64,000 bases of DNA from Phoronis australis (GCA_002633005.1 NMRA01000232.1:298866-362865); one strand, 5' to 3'. Shown: positions 39,101-50,997, counted from the stretch's first letter. A program made the numbers and translations. The notes: generated from the letters alone by a model not told the origin.

Positions 39101-42100
39101 TAGATGATAGGAAATAAATTGCATAATTATTAAGAGTAGCATGTCAGTATCAATTACTAAGCAATAATAATAATAAGAGCAACGCAGAGCGTTGAAATGC
39201 GCCCACGAATGCATCACAAACAGTGTGCTTCTATGGTTGTTTATTTACATCATAAAAATGGCCACTAGATGGCGCAAAATACGTCGAATCCATCCTCAGT
39301 AGGGAACATGCCATCATGTTTAATAGACAGCTACTTAGGAAATTTCATAAAAATCTGACAAGGAACTTCAGCAAAACAAAAGGAAAACAGAAAGAAATGA
39401 AAATGCCACCAGGGGGCACAGCATTCGTCGTATCCGTCTGAAAGTCGTCGTCGTCCATTGTCAACTTCATATAAAAGCACTTGCTAAATTTAGCAATGAT
39501 CCTGCACATGGTTTAGGAGATACAGTCATGGGCGCAAAACAAAACAAAACTCCCACTAGGAGGCGCCACAGTAGTCGAAGTTGTCGGAAAATCATCGTTA
39601 GCCGTCCTCTTCATAGTAAGAACATACATGCAACTTTTCACAATCATTATTAGAGCGGTTTGGTTGATAGAGGGACAGACGCCAAAAACAGACTCGAATA
39701 CAGCAAAAATGGCCACTTGGTGGCGCAAACTACGTCGAATTTATTCGAAAACGGGATGATAGCGTCATCTCACTGGTAGATGCCTATACGCATGCCAAAT
39801 CTTATGAAAATCCCTTATAGACCTTTTAAGATACAGAGGTAGGCGTAAAAAATAAAAGTGCCACTAGGGGGCACACCGTTAGTCAGATCCGCCCAAAAGT
39901 TCACCCATGCCGTCCCATCTATAAAAAAACATGTGCAAAATTTCATGAACACAAGTCAAAGGGTTTTGGAGATAGAGCGGCTGACGCCGGACGCCATACG
40001 GACGTAGATGACGGCATAATGCGTCCACATATAAATATGTGGGTGCATAACAAAACGAAACACAAATGTGGTGGAAACTGCCCTTTTTGAGCGACCAGTA
40101 CATGGACATTCATGGATAAGTGAGATGATTAAGTGAAATCGATAAAACATGGACGGCAGACAGGTAAATTCAAAATGGACATCGGAAAGCGGTTGATATG
40201 ACATGGCGGTGACTTGAAACACCCATGGGTAGTTTGCCTATTGCATTGTAGCCTAAACTCGTAGGCTGTGGAGGGAAAATTTGATTTCCAACTTTACTTA
40301 TTCAAATAAGAGATAAAATACATGTAGTCTGTTAATGCGCAAAAATTGACACCACAGAGTCCTTGAATATTAAATAAGTGTCCAAGGCGTTTGAGGATCT
40401 CCGCATTGCCTAAACAAAAGGTCACCGTCGACTTACCCAGTCTAGATGGCAAATCAATCACACATGATTAAATGATGAACAGAGAATCAGAATAACTGAA
40501 ATGTTCTATATGATAAACGAACCAACCAATTTGCCATTGTTCTGCTTTCAAGGAGTCCATCATCCAGGCTGGACTGGCGGTACACATGACGCCCAAACCC
40601 ACATGCACGAGCATATTACAAACTGAAATATAGTAGAAATGCATACAAACATTTGTGATGGACCCGTGCTGTATGTAGCCATGGGGTAGGGGTGGTGGAA
40701 GAGGGGTCGATAGACTTTACACATCAAGGGGCCGATTATACAGTAGGTCAATATCGCGCCTGCAAAACAAGGTCAAGAAATGTAAAAACTGATTTGAGGA
40801 CGACAGTGGACAGGAGCTGGGTGCAGGGAGCCAGGAGTTAGGTAAGGGGTCCAAACAGAGATTCGAAAATCCATAGTGAATTAGCGAAATGTCCAAAGGA
40901 AATCAGTGGAAGTTGACATTTATAAATTGTGCATTGAGTCACCTCGAAGGCGACAAATTGCTGTAAGAAGTGACAAATGTCACACCCGTAAAGATGAAAC
41001 TTCATTCACCCGCGGGAGTTGGGTGTTAATTTAGCCGTCAATACAGCCAGTCAGAGTGGGTGAGGGGGATACCTACGACTATTGACGACTAGCAGAGCCA
41101 TGAATTTTACTTAAGATATAACCCGTTTTCGATAGTTGGTTCTGGCGTGCACTCAGACTCGTGAAACCACCAATCACTACTTAAAGAAAATAATGCGATC
41201 TCTGACATTTTTTGAAAACTTTGTTCGCTTCCATCAATTTGAGGGAACAAAACAACAACGATAATGATTAATAAGTGGCGTATAACTGGGTTCTGTGATC
41301 AATAAAAATATTAAGTTGAAAGCGTAAGTTTCGGTACTTTGAAAAGCTATAGGAAAAATGTCACTTTGAGCAATTAAAACACTCAAATTTTACACAAAAC
41401 AAGCTTTCAAAACGTAAAGGGTTGAACTTTTGATCACATGGAAAACCTTAAGTTTTGCAAAAGAATACATGAAAAACTACTATTGAGCTGTAAAACTTTA
41501 AGATACCCTTTCCGCTTTATTTTAGTTAAAACGTCATGAAAAGAATTCGAATGCAAGCTAGTTCAGTCGGAACTTAGGTCCAAATAATGGTCCTTCAACA
41601 ATACTCCAAATATTTTCAAACTTAACTGAATTATATGAATTACTTTGTTCAATTTATATTTTTGGTGGTGCACCGTCAACTAAAATGGCCTCCGTAGTGA
41701 GTGACAGGTGAGTCCCGCATTTTGGGTACTCACTAAAATGTCGCCATATGTACTTAGGTTTCGGTTGAAACCAAGTCTACTTTTCAAAAAAATCAATTGT
41801 AAAATACGACAAACACAAACAGGGTTGAAAGTTACGAAATGTGTATATTTTAATAATATCTTTCTACTTACGCAACTCATTCTGTGTCTTAATTTGGTGA
41901 ATGTACAGGAAAAAGTACTTTTAAGTTTTTGACGAAACGTTTAAGTTTTAAAAACACTTGTTTATGAAACCTAACTTTTTCGTCAAACCAATTTTTTGAA
42001 AAAGTTTTTAGAATTTTTTTTCATTTTGTAAGACAAAAAATACCCACGACGTAACATTTTAAATGCTGTTGCAGGTCTAGTGAGACATAGATATCTATAC

Positions 42101-45100
42101 AAGATGCACTACCTCATGCGTGCAAAACAACCAAAGACCAGATCCAACCACGCTGTAGGTCTCAGGTTACTTTTGGTTGAAGATATCTTTATGAATTTTT
42201 TAGAGCGAAGTACTTACGGAGAGCAACGTCTATGTAAGGGTCCAGCAACATTTTAAAGAATTCACTCACGTTGGACTTCTTGGTCTTAAAAGAAACAGAA
42301 CATTATATTCAATATTGGTGTTTCCTGGAATGGCCTTATTTCAGGTCAAAACAGTAGCATGATATCCGACGGTACATAGGAGTCTATTTACTGCGTAGGG
42401 AGGTCAACGAACGCACACACGCACACACTGAGAAATCATTTTCCTGTTCCGAGACAAACACAAGTGTAAATGAAGACTTACAAGCACATAAACTCGAAAC
42501 GTAATTCTTAAGGTAAAAATGACCATTATAACAGCTCAAGTTCTAGCAGATGTACAGTGAAAAAGTTCCAGTCGTTATTACATAACTTCAACTACAGCGC
42601 AACGTCTGGGCATGCAGAAACACTTACAAGCATGACTTTAGTCGTATCTGGAACCTTCACGACAAACCGTAGAGCTGTAACATAATCACGCATCGCCGTC
42701 AACGACTGAAATGCAAACTTTCTTTGCTGACTGCATTTTCACACTTTTCTTCGTAGTTCAAATTTTAACAACACCTATTCAGTTATTTGAGTCTTACGCA
42801 ACAACTGAATACACGCATAATTGAAGTGCAATGACAGTGTTGGCGCGAATCCCATTGATAAGTACATCTTATGATTAGCTAACGCTGTAGCCCACGTTGT
42901 TCTGCTGCATTGGGTGTGCAATCTATTAAAAGAGACAAAACAGGCGAATGCTTACCTCCATCAAGGAACATTAATCCAGCTAAGAACATGAAAGGTGCTT
43001 TTTGCCCGAGATATTGGTAAAAGGTACTTCCAAACGGAAATCCTACTAAAATAAAACGAGGCTTTTTAAAATAAAAACAGGGATCTGGAGAACAACTCAT
43101 ATGACACCAAGAACACAACTAAGTCAAAGACCGAAGGCGAAAGACAACGAGCGAGAGTGGGGGCGAGGGAGCGAGGGAGAGAGGGAGCGAGAGATTGAGT
43201 TAAGGTTATGTAGGGCCCTGGAAAATACTTGTTTTTTCCAACTTCGTATCTCAGACGGGGCTGACTGGGTTGACATAACACTCATATTTACTCTGCTTTA
43301 TACACTGTTCTTCAAAACAATGTTAGAAATGATTTTAAATTGTCCCGCTTTTGCATGAGGGACTATCAAAATGGGACTTATATTATTTTATGAGCCTTGT
43401 AAAACTATGCATGAAACGAAAACGTAACGATAATTCAGAAAACTATAACAGCGATGACATCATCAACTGCTTGGCAAGCAGTTCCCCCCAACAACTCATT
43501 GAGGGACTCTGCCAATGCTGACCGATATCAAGACCTACTGCTCCAGGAATGGTACAAGTTGCAATGGTGAGAAGTGCGAGGCTTTGCTGAGCACCCTGCA
43601 CAATCGTCTTAGAGGTAAAGATGTCCCTCGCTCTTTCTACGATGACATTTCAACTTTGCATTCTGAGACACTCAGACATCTGGATGTTTTCTTCAACCGT
43701 CAGTTCAATTTTACTGAGCACGTGAACAAGGTCAACCTTCTAGCCAGCCAAGGATGAAACTGACAGGAAAACACAGGAGTGCCACTTGGTAATGCTCTTT
43801 AGGAGCCTCACATTATCTGTGGTAGATTATGCCTTTCCCGAGATCCGCGTTTGCCAAAACCAACTTGGTAGACTTGAACCGCTACAGAACACGGGTCTCT
43901 GAATCATTTCTTGTTGTCCCAGGTCAACATCAGCAGCTGCAATGCGTTACCAGGTAGGTGTACCTAGCATCGTAGACCGCTTCACAACGAAAGCCACGCA
44001 AAAGAAGGATCGCCCTCTCGACACTATCATCATGAAAGGGTTTGCAGAAATTGTCCCACTGGCAAGAGCACCCTTCACGAACTTGCACCCACGCCCTCCC
44101 ACAACTTTGGTGCGATTGAGAATGTCCAGGTGCTCATGGGTATCTGCTGCAGCAGCTGCTGGTGTCACCATGGCCGCTCAGCACCGAATTGCCAACTCAC
44201 CAGCGTGACTTCAACTGGAGGATCACGGAGAGAAGAGTCAGCAGTTTTTGCATACTTCAGCAGAGCGTGTAGAAATTGGCCTTAGGGCGCTGTCGAAGTG
44301 ATGTGTCGCCAAATGTTCTTGGGGATAGGTGTCCACTGACAGTTCGATCCTTCTGTCAGGATACCAACCGGGTCGCAAAGATGATCTGATGTGGATGCCA
44401 TAACGTCTACACGAGCATCACATGTATGTAGTTCGAAGCAGTCCAACAAGCCCTCTTGTGCCTCTCTCAGTTGCGTCCCGATGCGACGGCGATCATCTTC
44501 ACCACTGACTCGATGGCTGTGCAGACTAGAATCCGCTATTGTCTGCTTCCATTCAACTGGCTAATCTTCCGGGAGCACTGCTCACTCCAAAATGTTTTTG
44601 GACCTATGTCTCAGGCCATGCTGACGTCGTTGCGGATGAGCAAGGAGACCATGTCGCCAACCAGGCTGTCAGGTGTCAAGCTGATTGGACACCGTAATAT
44701 TGTACTCCGCACAGCAGAACAGCTGGGCGAGTATAGCGAGGGCCTTCGCCTTTTGCGACTAGAAGTCCCCTTTGGGCAGTCAGCTTCCAGTCACCGGAAA
44801 GGTCCCTGGAAAGGACTCTACTACGGGAACCATCACCCTCAATATCCTTCAACTTATCCCCACTGGGTGTACCTATGGGGAGAGGATTTGTGCCCAACAT
44901 ATTGTGTAAACTCACTCGCAGAAGGTAATTCACGTAACAACGTTTTGGAGGTTTTACCTCTTGACAAATATCATAAAAATTTGGTCATGCTATTGATCAT
45001 GTTTTGCTATGAATGCAGTTTAATTTTTGATAATTTTTCCAAAAAACAAAGTCACGTGACCTACCCAGTGGCAGTTTGGTATTAAGCAAATATTCAAATT

Positions 45101-48100
45101 AAACGGAATTTCTACTTTCAGGAAATATGAACTTTTGTTGAGTTAAATTCTAGACTTTGTAGATACTTGGCTAAATGTAGTTGACTTAAATGTCCTACAT
45201 AACCTCAACCCCATCAGTTCAACTTGATAATCTGACCTAGTTAACAAAACTGCTTTTCACCTCTGGCAGCTGATTTGGTGACTCGTTTTATATCTTCGAA
45301 CATAAACAAAACTTCTTACAACGGTTTAGTTTATTTCATCATGTCTGTATGCTCTTAGATGAAACACAGTCTGTGTATCGAACAAACATATCTGCACAAC
45401 AGGTGTATCTTGCAAAAATAAATCAGTAAGGTGAAACAATACAAAAGCAAATACATGTAAACAAACAAAAATGCATACATACACAATGCATACATACACA
45501 CATAAATACCAACAAAGCATGCAAACATACATACATACATACATACACACATACATACATACATACATGGTTACATACATTGGTGCATAAATATAAAAAT
45601 ATTACATACCTGGGTAAACAAGCAACAGTTCTTCAGTAACATGATCACGTATATTTCGGAAAAATTGATATAGTAATATTGACATTGGACAAAGGTAATG
45701 ATAAACTATATTGTATAAGCTAGTTCACTCAGAAAAAGTATGGAACTAAATATCATTAATTTATACTTATCGTCGACAGTCTTTAGTGTTCTTATAGCAA
45801 TGGACCACGCGACAGATTCTTGACGATGCAATCAAAACGATATGAATTCCAATTCCGGCCCACTACTTACAAATGATTCCAATAGAGAGACCAGCGAACG
45901 CAAAGTTATTGGCCTTGACCCGTTCTTCATCATTTGGGTAGACACAGGCAAGAAGGGCAAGACCTGGATGTGCAGAATTAAGTATCATTTTTAATATGTT
46001 GGTTCTTTTTAACAAGAACATGCAAAGCGTTGAAATACACCGCAAACCATGTGTTTCTAGAGGCCACTTGGGGACGCCGCAACAGTCGGAAAACAAACAC
46101 AAAAATAAATGTCTTGATTTTGCCAGAAGAAAGACATCTGCCAATTTTCATAATGACCCTTTCAACGGTTTGGGCGACATAGGTGTACCCTAAAGACACA
46201 GTCAAAGATAACAAAGATGGCAACTAGATGGGGAAGAATACGACAAATTCGACCAAAATGTGAAGGCGTCGTGGATATAACATTTCACTCAAGTGTGTCA
46301 ATGACCTCTGAAGACTTCAGAGGCAAACGTAAACAACTATAAGAGGCTAGGATAAATAACTATAATTGCCACTAGGAGGCACAATGCCACTTTCGAAAGT
46401 GGTCGTGATCGTATCAAATTTCACAAAGATCCTGCAAGGGCCAAGGAGGTACAACTAAGGATGCAAAAATGACATCATTGCCACTAGGTGTCCTCCAAGG
46501 AGATGGACGCGTACGAAAATCAATGCCAGTGGTCTTATGAGTTCTCGATGGATACACATGTGCAGGGGGTTAAGCAGATACAGCAGAGGACGCAAAAATA
46601 TCAAGATTACCACAAGATGGCTGGCCACAAAGGGGGTGGAGCCGTTCGGTGGTCTTCTCAACAGAAACACATCTGCCAGTTTTCGTTAAAATCGTTCAAC
46701 GGTTACGCAGATGAAAGACAAAATAAAGAAAATAACCACAACGTGGTGCAGAATGGGTCAAATCCCGACCAAAAAGAGGCCATCGTTGTCTCCTCAATAG
46801 ACAAGAACAACGCGGAGCAAACGGTTTGCTTCTGGGGTTGTTTATTTGGAACATAAAATGGCTACTAGATTGCGCAAAATCCGAAAACTGGTATGCGTCA
46901 TCAAAGCTATTTACCAAACTTCGTGAAAATCCGTCAAGGAACTTCTGAGAAACTAAAGAAAACAAAAAATGAAATTGCCACTAGGAGGGACAGATGCCAA
47001 ACAAGACTCGAAAACAGTAAAAATGGCCACTAGGTGGCGCAAAATACCACGAATCGAACCGAAAAACGGAGGAAAGCGTCAACTCACTAATAGATGCCTA
47101 TCTGCCAAATTTTATGAGAATCCGTTGAGAACCACTGAAGATACAGAGGTAAATTGAAAAACTAAAATTGCCACTAAGGGGCACACCGGTAGTCGGACCA
47201 ATCCGAAAGTCGTCGTCGTTTGTTGTCAAGTTCATACTTGCTAACTTTAATAAAGATCCTGCAGAGGGTTTAGGAGATACATCTATGGGAGTAAAAAACT
47301 GCCACTAGGATGCCTCACAGTTGTCGAGGTCGTCCGAAAATCGTCGTCAGCACTCTCCTTCACATTAGGAACTTACACGCCAATTTCCACAATCATCCTT
47401 AGAGGGGTTTGGTTAAAAGAGGGGCAGATGCCAAAAACATACTCGAAAACAGCAAAAATGGTCAATTGGTGGTGCATAACGTCTCGAATTTAACCGAAAA
47501 CCGGACGATAAAGTCAATTCACTAATAGATGCATACCTGCCAAATTTTATGAAAATCTGTTGACGACCATTGAAGATACAGAGGTAAACGTCAAAAGCTA
47601 AAATTGCCAACAGGGGGAACACCGGTGGTTTGATCCATCCGAAAGTAGTCGTCCTCTGTTTTCAACTTCATACAAATACACCAGCAAAATTCAATAAAGA
47701 TCCCGTAGAGTGTGTCCACGGAGCAAAAACAAGCAAAACGGCCACTGTGATGCGCCATAGTAGTCGAAGTCGTCGGAAAATCATCGTCAGCCGCACTCTT
47801 AACAGTAAGAACATACATGCCGGTTGATAGAAGGGCGGACACAAAAAACAGACTTGAAAACAGTAAAAATGGCCACTAGGTGGCGAAAAAGACCTCGAAT
47901 CCGTCCGAAAACGGGAGGATGATGTCATCACTCTCATCAACTGCCAAATTTTATGAAAATCCGTTGAGGACCTCCGAAGATACAGAGGCAAGCGTAAAAA
48001 ACTAAAATTGCCACTAATGGGCATACCTGTTGTCGTAGAGGTTCCGAGATTTGTCGTCATCTGTCGTCAGCTTCATAGAAACACATCTACCAAATCTCAT

Positions 48101-50997
48101 CAAGATCCTGTGAGGAGTTTAGGAGATACAGCTGTGGACGCCGGACGGCAATGTGCAACCACATAAAAATATGTGGGCGCATAAAAACCCTTTGCCAAAT
48201 TTAATGACAAGAGTCACATGGAGCGTTGGAATGCGCGTACGACTGAACTGCAACTGGGGGAGTTTTAGTATTATAATAATGGCCATTAGATACCGCAGAA
48301 TACGTCAAGTCCTTCCGAAATTGAAAAGTCGTCGTCCCTGCTTTAAAATTTCACAAAAATCCGCGAAGGGACTCCAAAGATATACAGAGGCAAACATAAA
48401 AAACTAAAGTTGTCACTAGGAAGACACAGCGGTAGTCAGAGCCGTCCAAAAAGTGGTGGGCAATCATTGTTACATTCATAGCAAAACGCCTGCAATAGTT
48501 CACAAGGATCCTGCGAAGCAATCAGAAGATATAGCCATAATAGCAAAAAATACAAATCACCACTAGGAGGCGCCATTGTGGTCAGACCCGTCTGAAAATC
48601 AACACCAGCCGTGGTCTTCTCATCAGGAAGACAAATCCAGTTTGGCGGATAAAGAGGGGGACGCCAAAAAAAAAAACGGAGTCAAAATAAAAAATGGACG
48701 TTAGGTGGAGAAATACGTTAAATCCGTGCGAAAACGAGTAAGCGTCCAGATTCAAAATTTCACGAAAATCTGTTTATGACTGTGACGGGACGTTCGTAAC
48801 TTTACGCTTATTGTTATTCTTATTTAGTTGCAAATGTTCAGTTATTCTTATGCTGTCTTTGTTGCGTCTCAGTTCGCCTTTGTTACGTGGGCATGTGGGC
48901 GCGACTGTATGTGTCGGGCACTTCGCTAGCGACAGGCTTAGGAGAAGGGTGTTTCCTTCTTTCGCTTTCATGGAAAGTTGCTCTGTTACATGACTTCAGA
49001 CAGAGAGGTTACCGTAAACAGCTATGAGGGGCCAGGGTAAACAACTATAACAACTATCTTACGAATTAGTCAACACAAGCCTATAAAGTTCTCGAACAAT
49101 ATAATCATCACTATTATTTAGAAAATACATCTGGTCACTTACCCGCGACAACGGACAGACTTGACCCGATAGCTTGCACAATGCGCGTCATGAGCAGAAG
49201 ATAAAATGAATAGCTAAATGCAAAACCTGAAAATAGTGGCATAAAGACAATTAAGTCGATTAAGTCGAAACATTTCTGACACGAATTCAGACTGTGAACA
49301 TCCAACTATTTGAAACTGGCTTAACTTAAAAGCTATTAAGACTCGTTGACAAATGTTAAACTACAATGCAAGAAGGAGACGTTCACACGAAAATGCCTTG
49401 TTGATCATAGGAAGGTAATAACTATAAAAGGTAAAACCTTAGTTGCCACCGTTAATGCATTAAAAGGCGCTAACTGTAAAGCTGAATGATGCGAGTCGTA
49501 CAGCAAGTTTCTCGAGTTTATACAGGTTACAAAAGACCACACAAAATCATACAAGTGGGTCGGAACTTTACATCAACGCCGTGAATGGTGTGATTGGCCG
49601 GCGAGGCTGGATAGTTTAATAATATTATGGGATGGAACTTACCGTTTTCGTTACACAATTCATTTCTCTGCGAAAGTGCCTTGAATTTATGGAACACGCC
49701 CCATGTTACTCGACCAAACAACACAAACTGAGTTTTGGTGGGGTTTGCAAGCCTTTCAAACACTACTCTGTTCACGTAAATTGCAATTTCTATTCCTTTT
49801 GACGGTAGAAACTAATTGCTATGACGACAAGAACATTTTAAACCTACCCACGGTGGCGACAAGATTGGCAATACAGCCAACAACTAGCGGCCATTTATGA
49901 CCAAATCTGGAAAATAAAAACATGTCTTTAATGAAATTAACGAATGCATCAAGTGACTTTAAACACAGTTTTTTCCTATTACGAGACGGGAGATATCAGT
50001 TAATGTCGCGTAAGAATTTAAACTTAACTATTTTTATTTTGGAAGATCAGTAGGTTTCAAGTGCGTTTTGCTGCCCATGTCCGAAGTGATGTGCGTTTCC
50101 CTCAAAAGCAGTGAATTTTTCCCGATTAGTACACTTTGGAGGTAAAAGGTGTTTTTCATGACTTCATTTGTTGAAAGTAGTAAATGAAAGTTGCAAATCA
50201 AGAGTTTGCATACTCTTTTCATGAACGATTGGGAGAATTTTCTTGAAACAACCCGCTGACGGTATTCTTCTTAAACTGAATGTCGGGAATGCCACAGCGA
50301 CCATTGAAAAAAAGGTGGACAAGGCAGCTCCTATATTTGTTGATGCGCACCAGTTACAATCGATGCCGCACGCAATTTTGAAAATGAACTTCAGGTTTCG
50401 TTTCAAGCTTTACCTCTCTACAATAAAGCCAACGAATATATTGGCCACCATTTCAGTTGCCGGCTTCGCGCTAAGAATCATGCCTATTTCGCTTGCTTTT
50501 CTAGAGTAAACGGTCGCGTCGGATGCGTTATTGGCGAGCGACGGTGTTGTATTGGTGATGATGCTCTCGCTTGTAATCAACAATGATGTTCCATTATTTG
50601 CTTCATCAATGTTCACTAGCATGCTGGGTAATATCGGCTCTGAAATAGAAAGTAAGTAGGAAGGTAAACTTTCTTCAGTTTTTACACCGTATGACGTACA
50701 TACCGATTTTATTTTATCAAAACAACTAAAAGGAACAAATCGTTTTACTTTATACATGTATGTACAGTATATGCTATACAGTTGTTATCAAAAGATCTAT
50801 GATGGAATTTTGAGCACATTTTACGATGCAGAGAGTTTTTGAAAAATCACAATCTTGGCAATTATTTTGCTTCGAATTTAAAGAGACTTTACCGTTTGTT
50901 GCAAAAATAAATCCTCGAGAATACAACATACTATCAACACTATGTATACAAGTACGTATAAGACTAGTAGGCAACTGATTTTGCTGCAGGTCAACAT
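36010..50997 (-). CDS. Divergent SLC18A / VMAT-like vesicular MFS transporter, 14 exons
   Basis: Exons in transcript order: ~50997-50893 (TM1, frame problem), 50639-50414, 49906-49848, 49226-49143, 45963-45871, 43045-42956, 42674-42628, 42284-42218, 40622-40527, 39099-38969, 38636-38453, 37972-37927, 37636-37531, 36108-36010. All GT-AG and phase-compatible from exon 2 on. SLC18A motifs: PILP, SAK...N.FVG, RIVQAIGSS...VAG, VYPNDEER, G.PFGS..YQYLG.KAPF...LDG, DPYI, P.WMM...WQIG, YLADLRH..HYG.VY. Exon sizes 59/84/93/90/96 match those I recall for vertebrate VMATs. Confidence 0.88.
36761..37420. mobile_element. MITE family A with small nested hairpin insertion (~37099-37169)
   Basis: TIR GGGCCCGTTTTGTGAAA...TTTCGTGAACTGGGCCC; nested CATGGGCGG...CCGCCCATG. 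Confidence 0.75.
37531..37636 (-). CDS. SLC18A-like exon, TM12
   Basis: LYRGTGVVLILFSFACVCFKNLETDSKTKDPPLYQ; donor CAG|gtacgt. Confidence 0.85.
37927..37972 (-). CDS. SLC18A-like exon
   Basis: GPVFGGQLLNIVGFDW. Confidence 0.88.
38453..38636 (-). CDS. SLC18A-like exon, TM10/11
   Basis: YPLCENIWETIGPESLARIGLGVSLGVTSPLLAYLADLRHHSHYGVVYGLYCFSYNFGLVFG. Confidence 0.92.
38969..39099 (-). CDS. SLC18A-like exon, TM8/9
   Basis: GLVFVVASVCQCGAQTLTAIFSVSCGKWIFCCAGLIVYGTGLLL. Confidence 0.87.
39172..40050 (+). mobile_element. Non-autonomous Helentron-like (HINE/DINE-1/pearl-type) element with internal ~150 bp repeats
   Basis: 5' AAGAGCAACGCAGAGCGTTGAAATGCGCCCAC; GACGCCGGACG-type microsatellite; 3' stem-loop GCGTCCACATAT-AA-ATATGTGGGTGC; five internal monomers. 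Confidence 0.7.
40527..40622 (-). CDS. SLC18A-like exon, TM7
   Basis: CNMLVHVGLGVMCTASPAWMMDSLKAEQWQIG; 96 nt. Confidence 0.9.
41498..41770 (+). mobile_element. Truncated left end related to the Kolobok-type element at 55569
   Basis: TTAAGATACCCTTTCCGCTTTATTTAGTTAAAACGTCATGAAA similar to 55565-55610; shared CCAAATAAT, AACTGAATT, GTGGTGCACC, TTTCGGTT in the same order. Confidence 0.6.
42218..42284 (-). CDS. SLC18A-like exon
   Basis: TKKSNVSEFFKMLLDPYIDVAL; DPYI motif. Confidence 0.85.
42628..42674 (-). CDS. SLC18A-like exon
   Basis: ALRFVVKVPDTTKVML; ttacag / gtaagt; phases fit. Confidence 0.75.
42956..43045 (-). CDS. SLC18A-like exon, TM6
   Basis: GFPFGSTFYQYLGQKAPFMFLAGLMFLDG; 90 nt. Confidence 0.92.
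43440..44920 (+). mobile_element. Decayed 5'-truncated non-LTR retrotransposon (RT C-terminus + RNase H; I/Ingi/Nimb-like), antisense in SLC18 intron
   Basis: Fragments xDDI, LRHLDVFFNRQFNFTEHVNKV, SVVDYA, LQNTGL-IISCCPRST, IIFTTDS, DEQGDHVA; many stops and frameshifts; higher GC. Confidence 0.75.
45470..45580. repeat. (TACA)n microsatellite
   Basis: ACATACATACAT... runs. Confidence 0.9.
45871..45963 (-). CDS. SLC18A-like exon, TM5
   Basis: GLALLACVYPNDEERVKANNFAFAGLSIGII; 93 nt. Confidence 0.92.
46011..48772 (+). mobile_element. Cluster of three adjacent/nested copies of the same Helentron-like family
   Basis: Family 5' ends (ACAAGA...) at 46011, 46801, 48207; 3' stem-loop CCACATAAAAATATGTGGGCGCATAAAAA ending 48186; same monomers (GCCAAATTTTATGAAAATC, GAAGATACAGAGG, GCCACTAGG). 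Confidence 0.75.
49143..49226 (-). CDS. SLC18A-like exon, TM4
   Basis: FAFSYSFYLLLMTRIVQAIGSSLSVVAG; 84 nt. Confidence 0.92.
49848..49906 (-). CDS. SLC18A-like exon, TM3
   Basis: RFGHKWPLVVGCIANLVATVG; 59 nt. Confidence 0.88.
50414..50639 (-). CDS. SLC18A-like exon, luminal loop + TM2
   Basis: EPILPSML...NGT...NTT...NAS (N-glycan sequons)...IGMILSAKPATEMVANIFVGFIVER. Confidence 0.9.
50893..50997 (-). CDS. SLC18A-like putative first coding exon (TM1)
   Basis: MLTCSKISCLLVLYVLVYIVLIVCCILEDLF..; donor G|gtaaag; needs +1 nt (A5 run at 50903-50907) to join EPILP in phase. Confidence 0.5.

Noticed and set aside
40437-40495. Possible SLC18 exon ending LPSRLG|gtaagt
   Set aside because: Stops in all frames after the only good acceptor, intron would be ~30 nt, and the true TM8/9 exon is 39099-38969.
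44456-45085. Longest ORF (209 aa) as a host gene
   Set aside because: Lies in the decayed LINE; only a short RNase H-like fragment is in frame and the rest is frame-shifted relic sequence.
45326-45580. MYVC-repeat proteins
   Set aside because: Translation of a (TACA)n microsatellite.
50915-50940. VDSMLYS as a VAChT-like DNMLY TM1 motif
   Set aside because: Spacing to PILP is too long and the flanks are not hydrophobic; the overlapping frame fits TM1 better. Kept only as an alternative.
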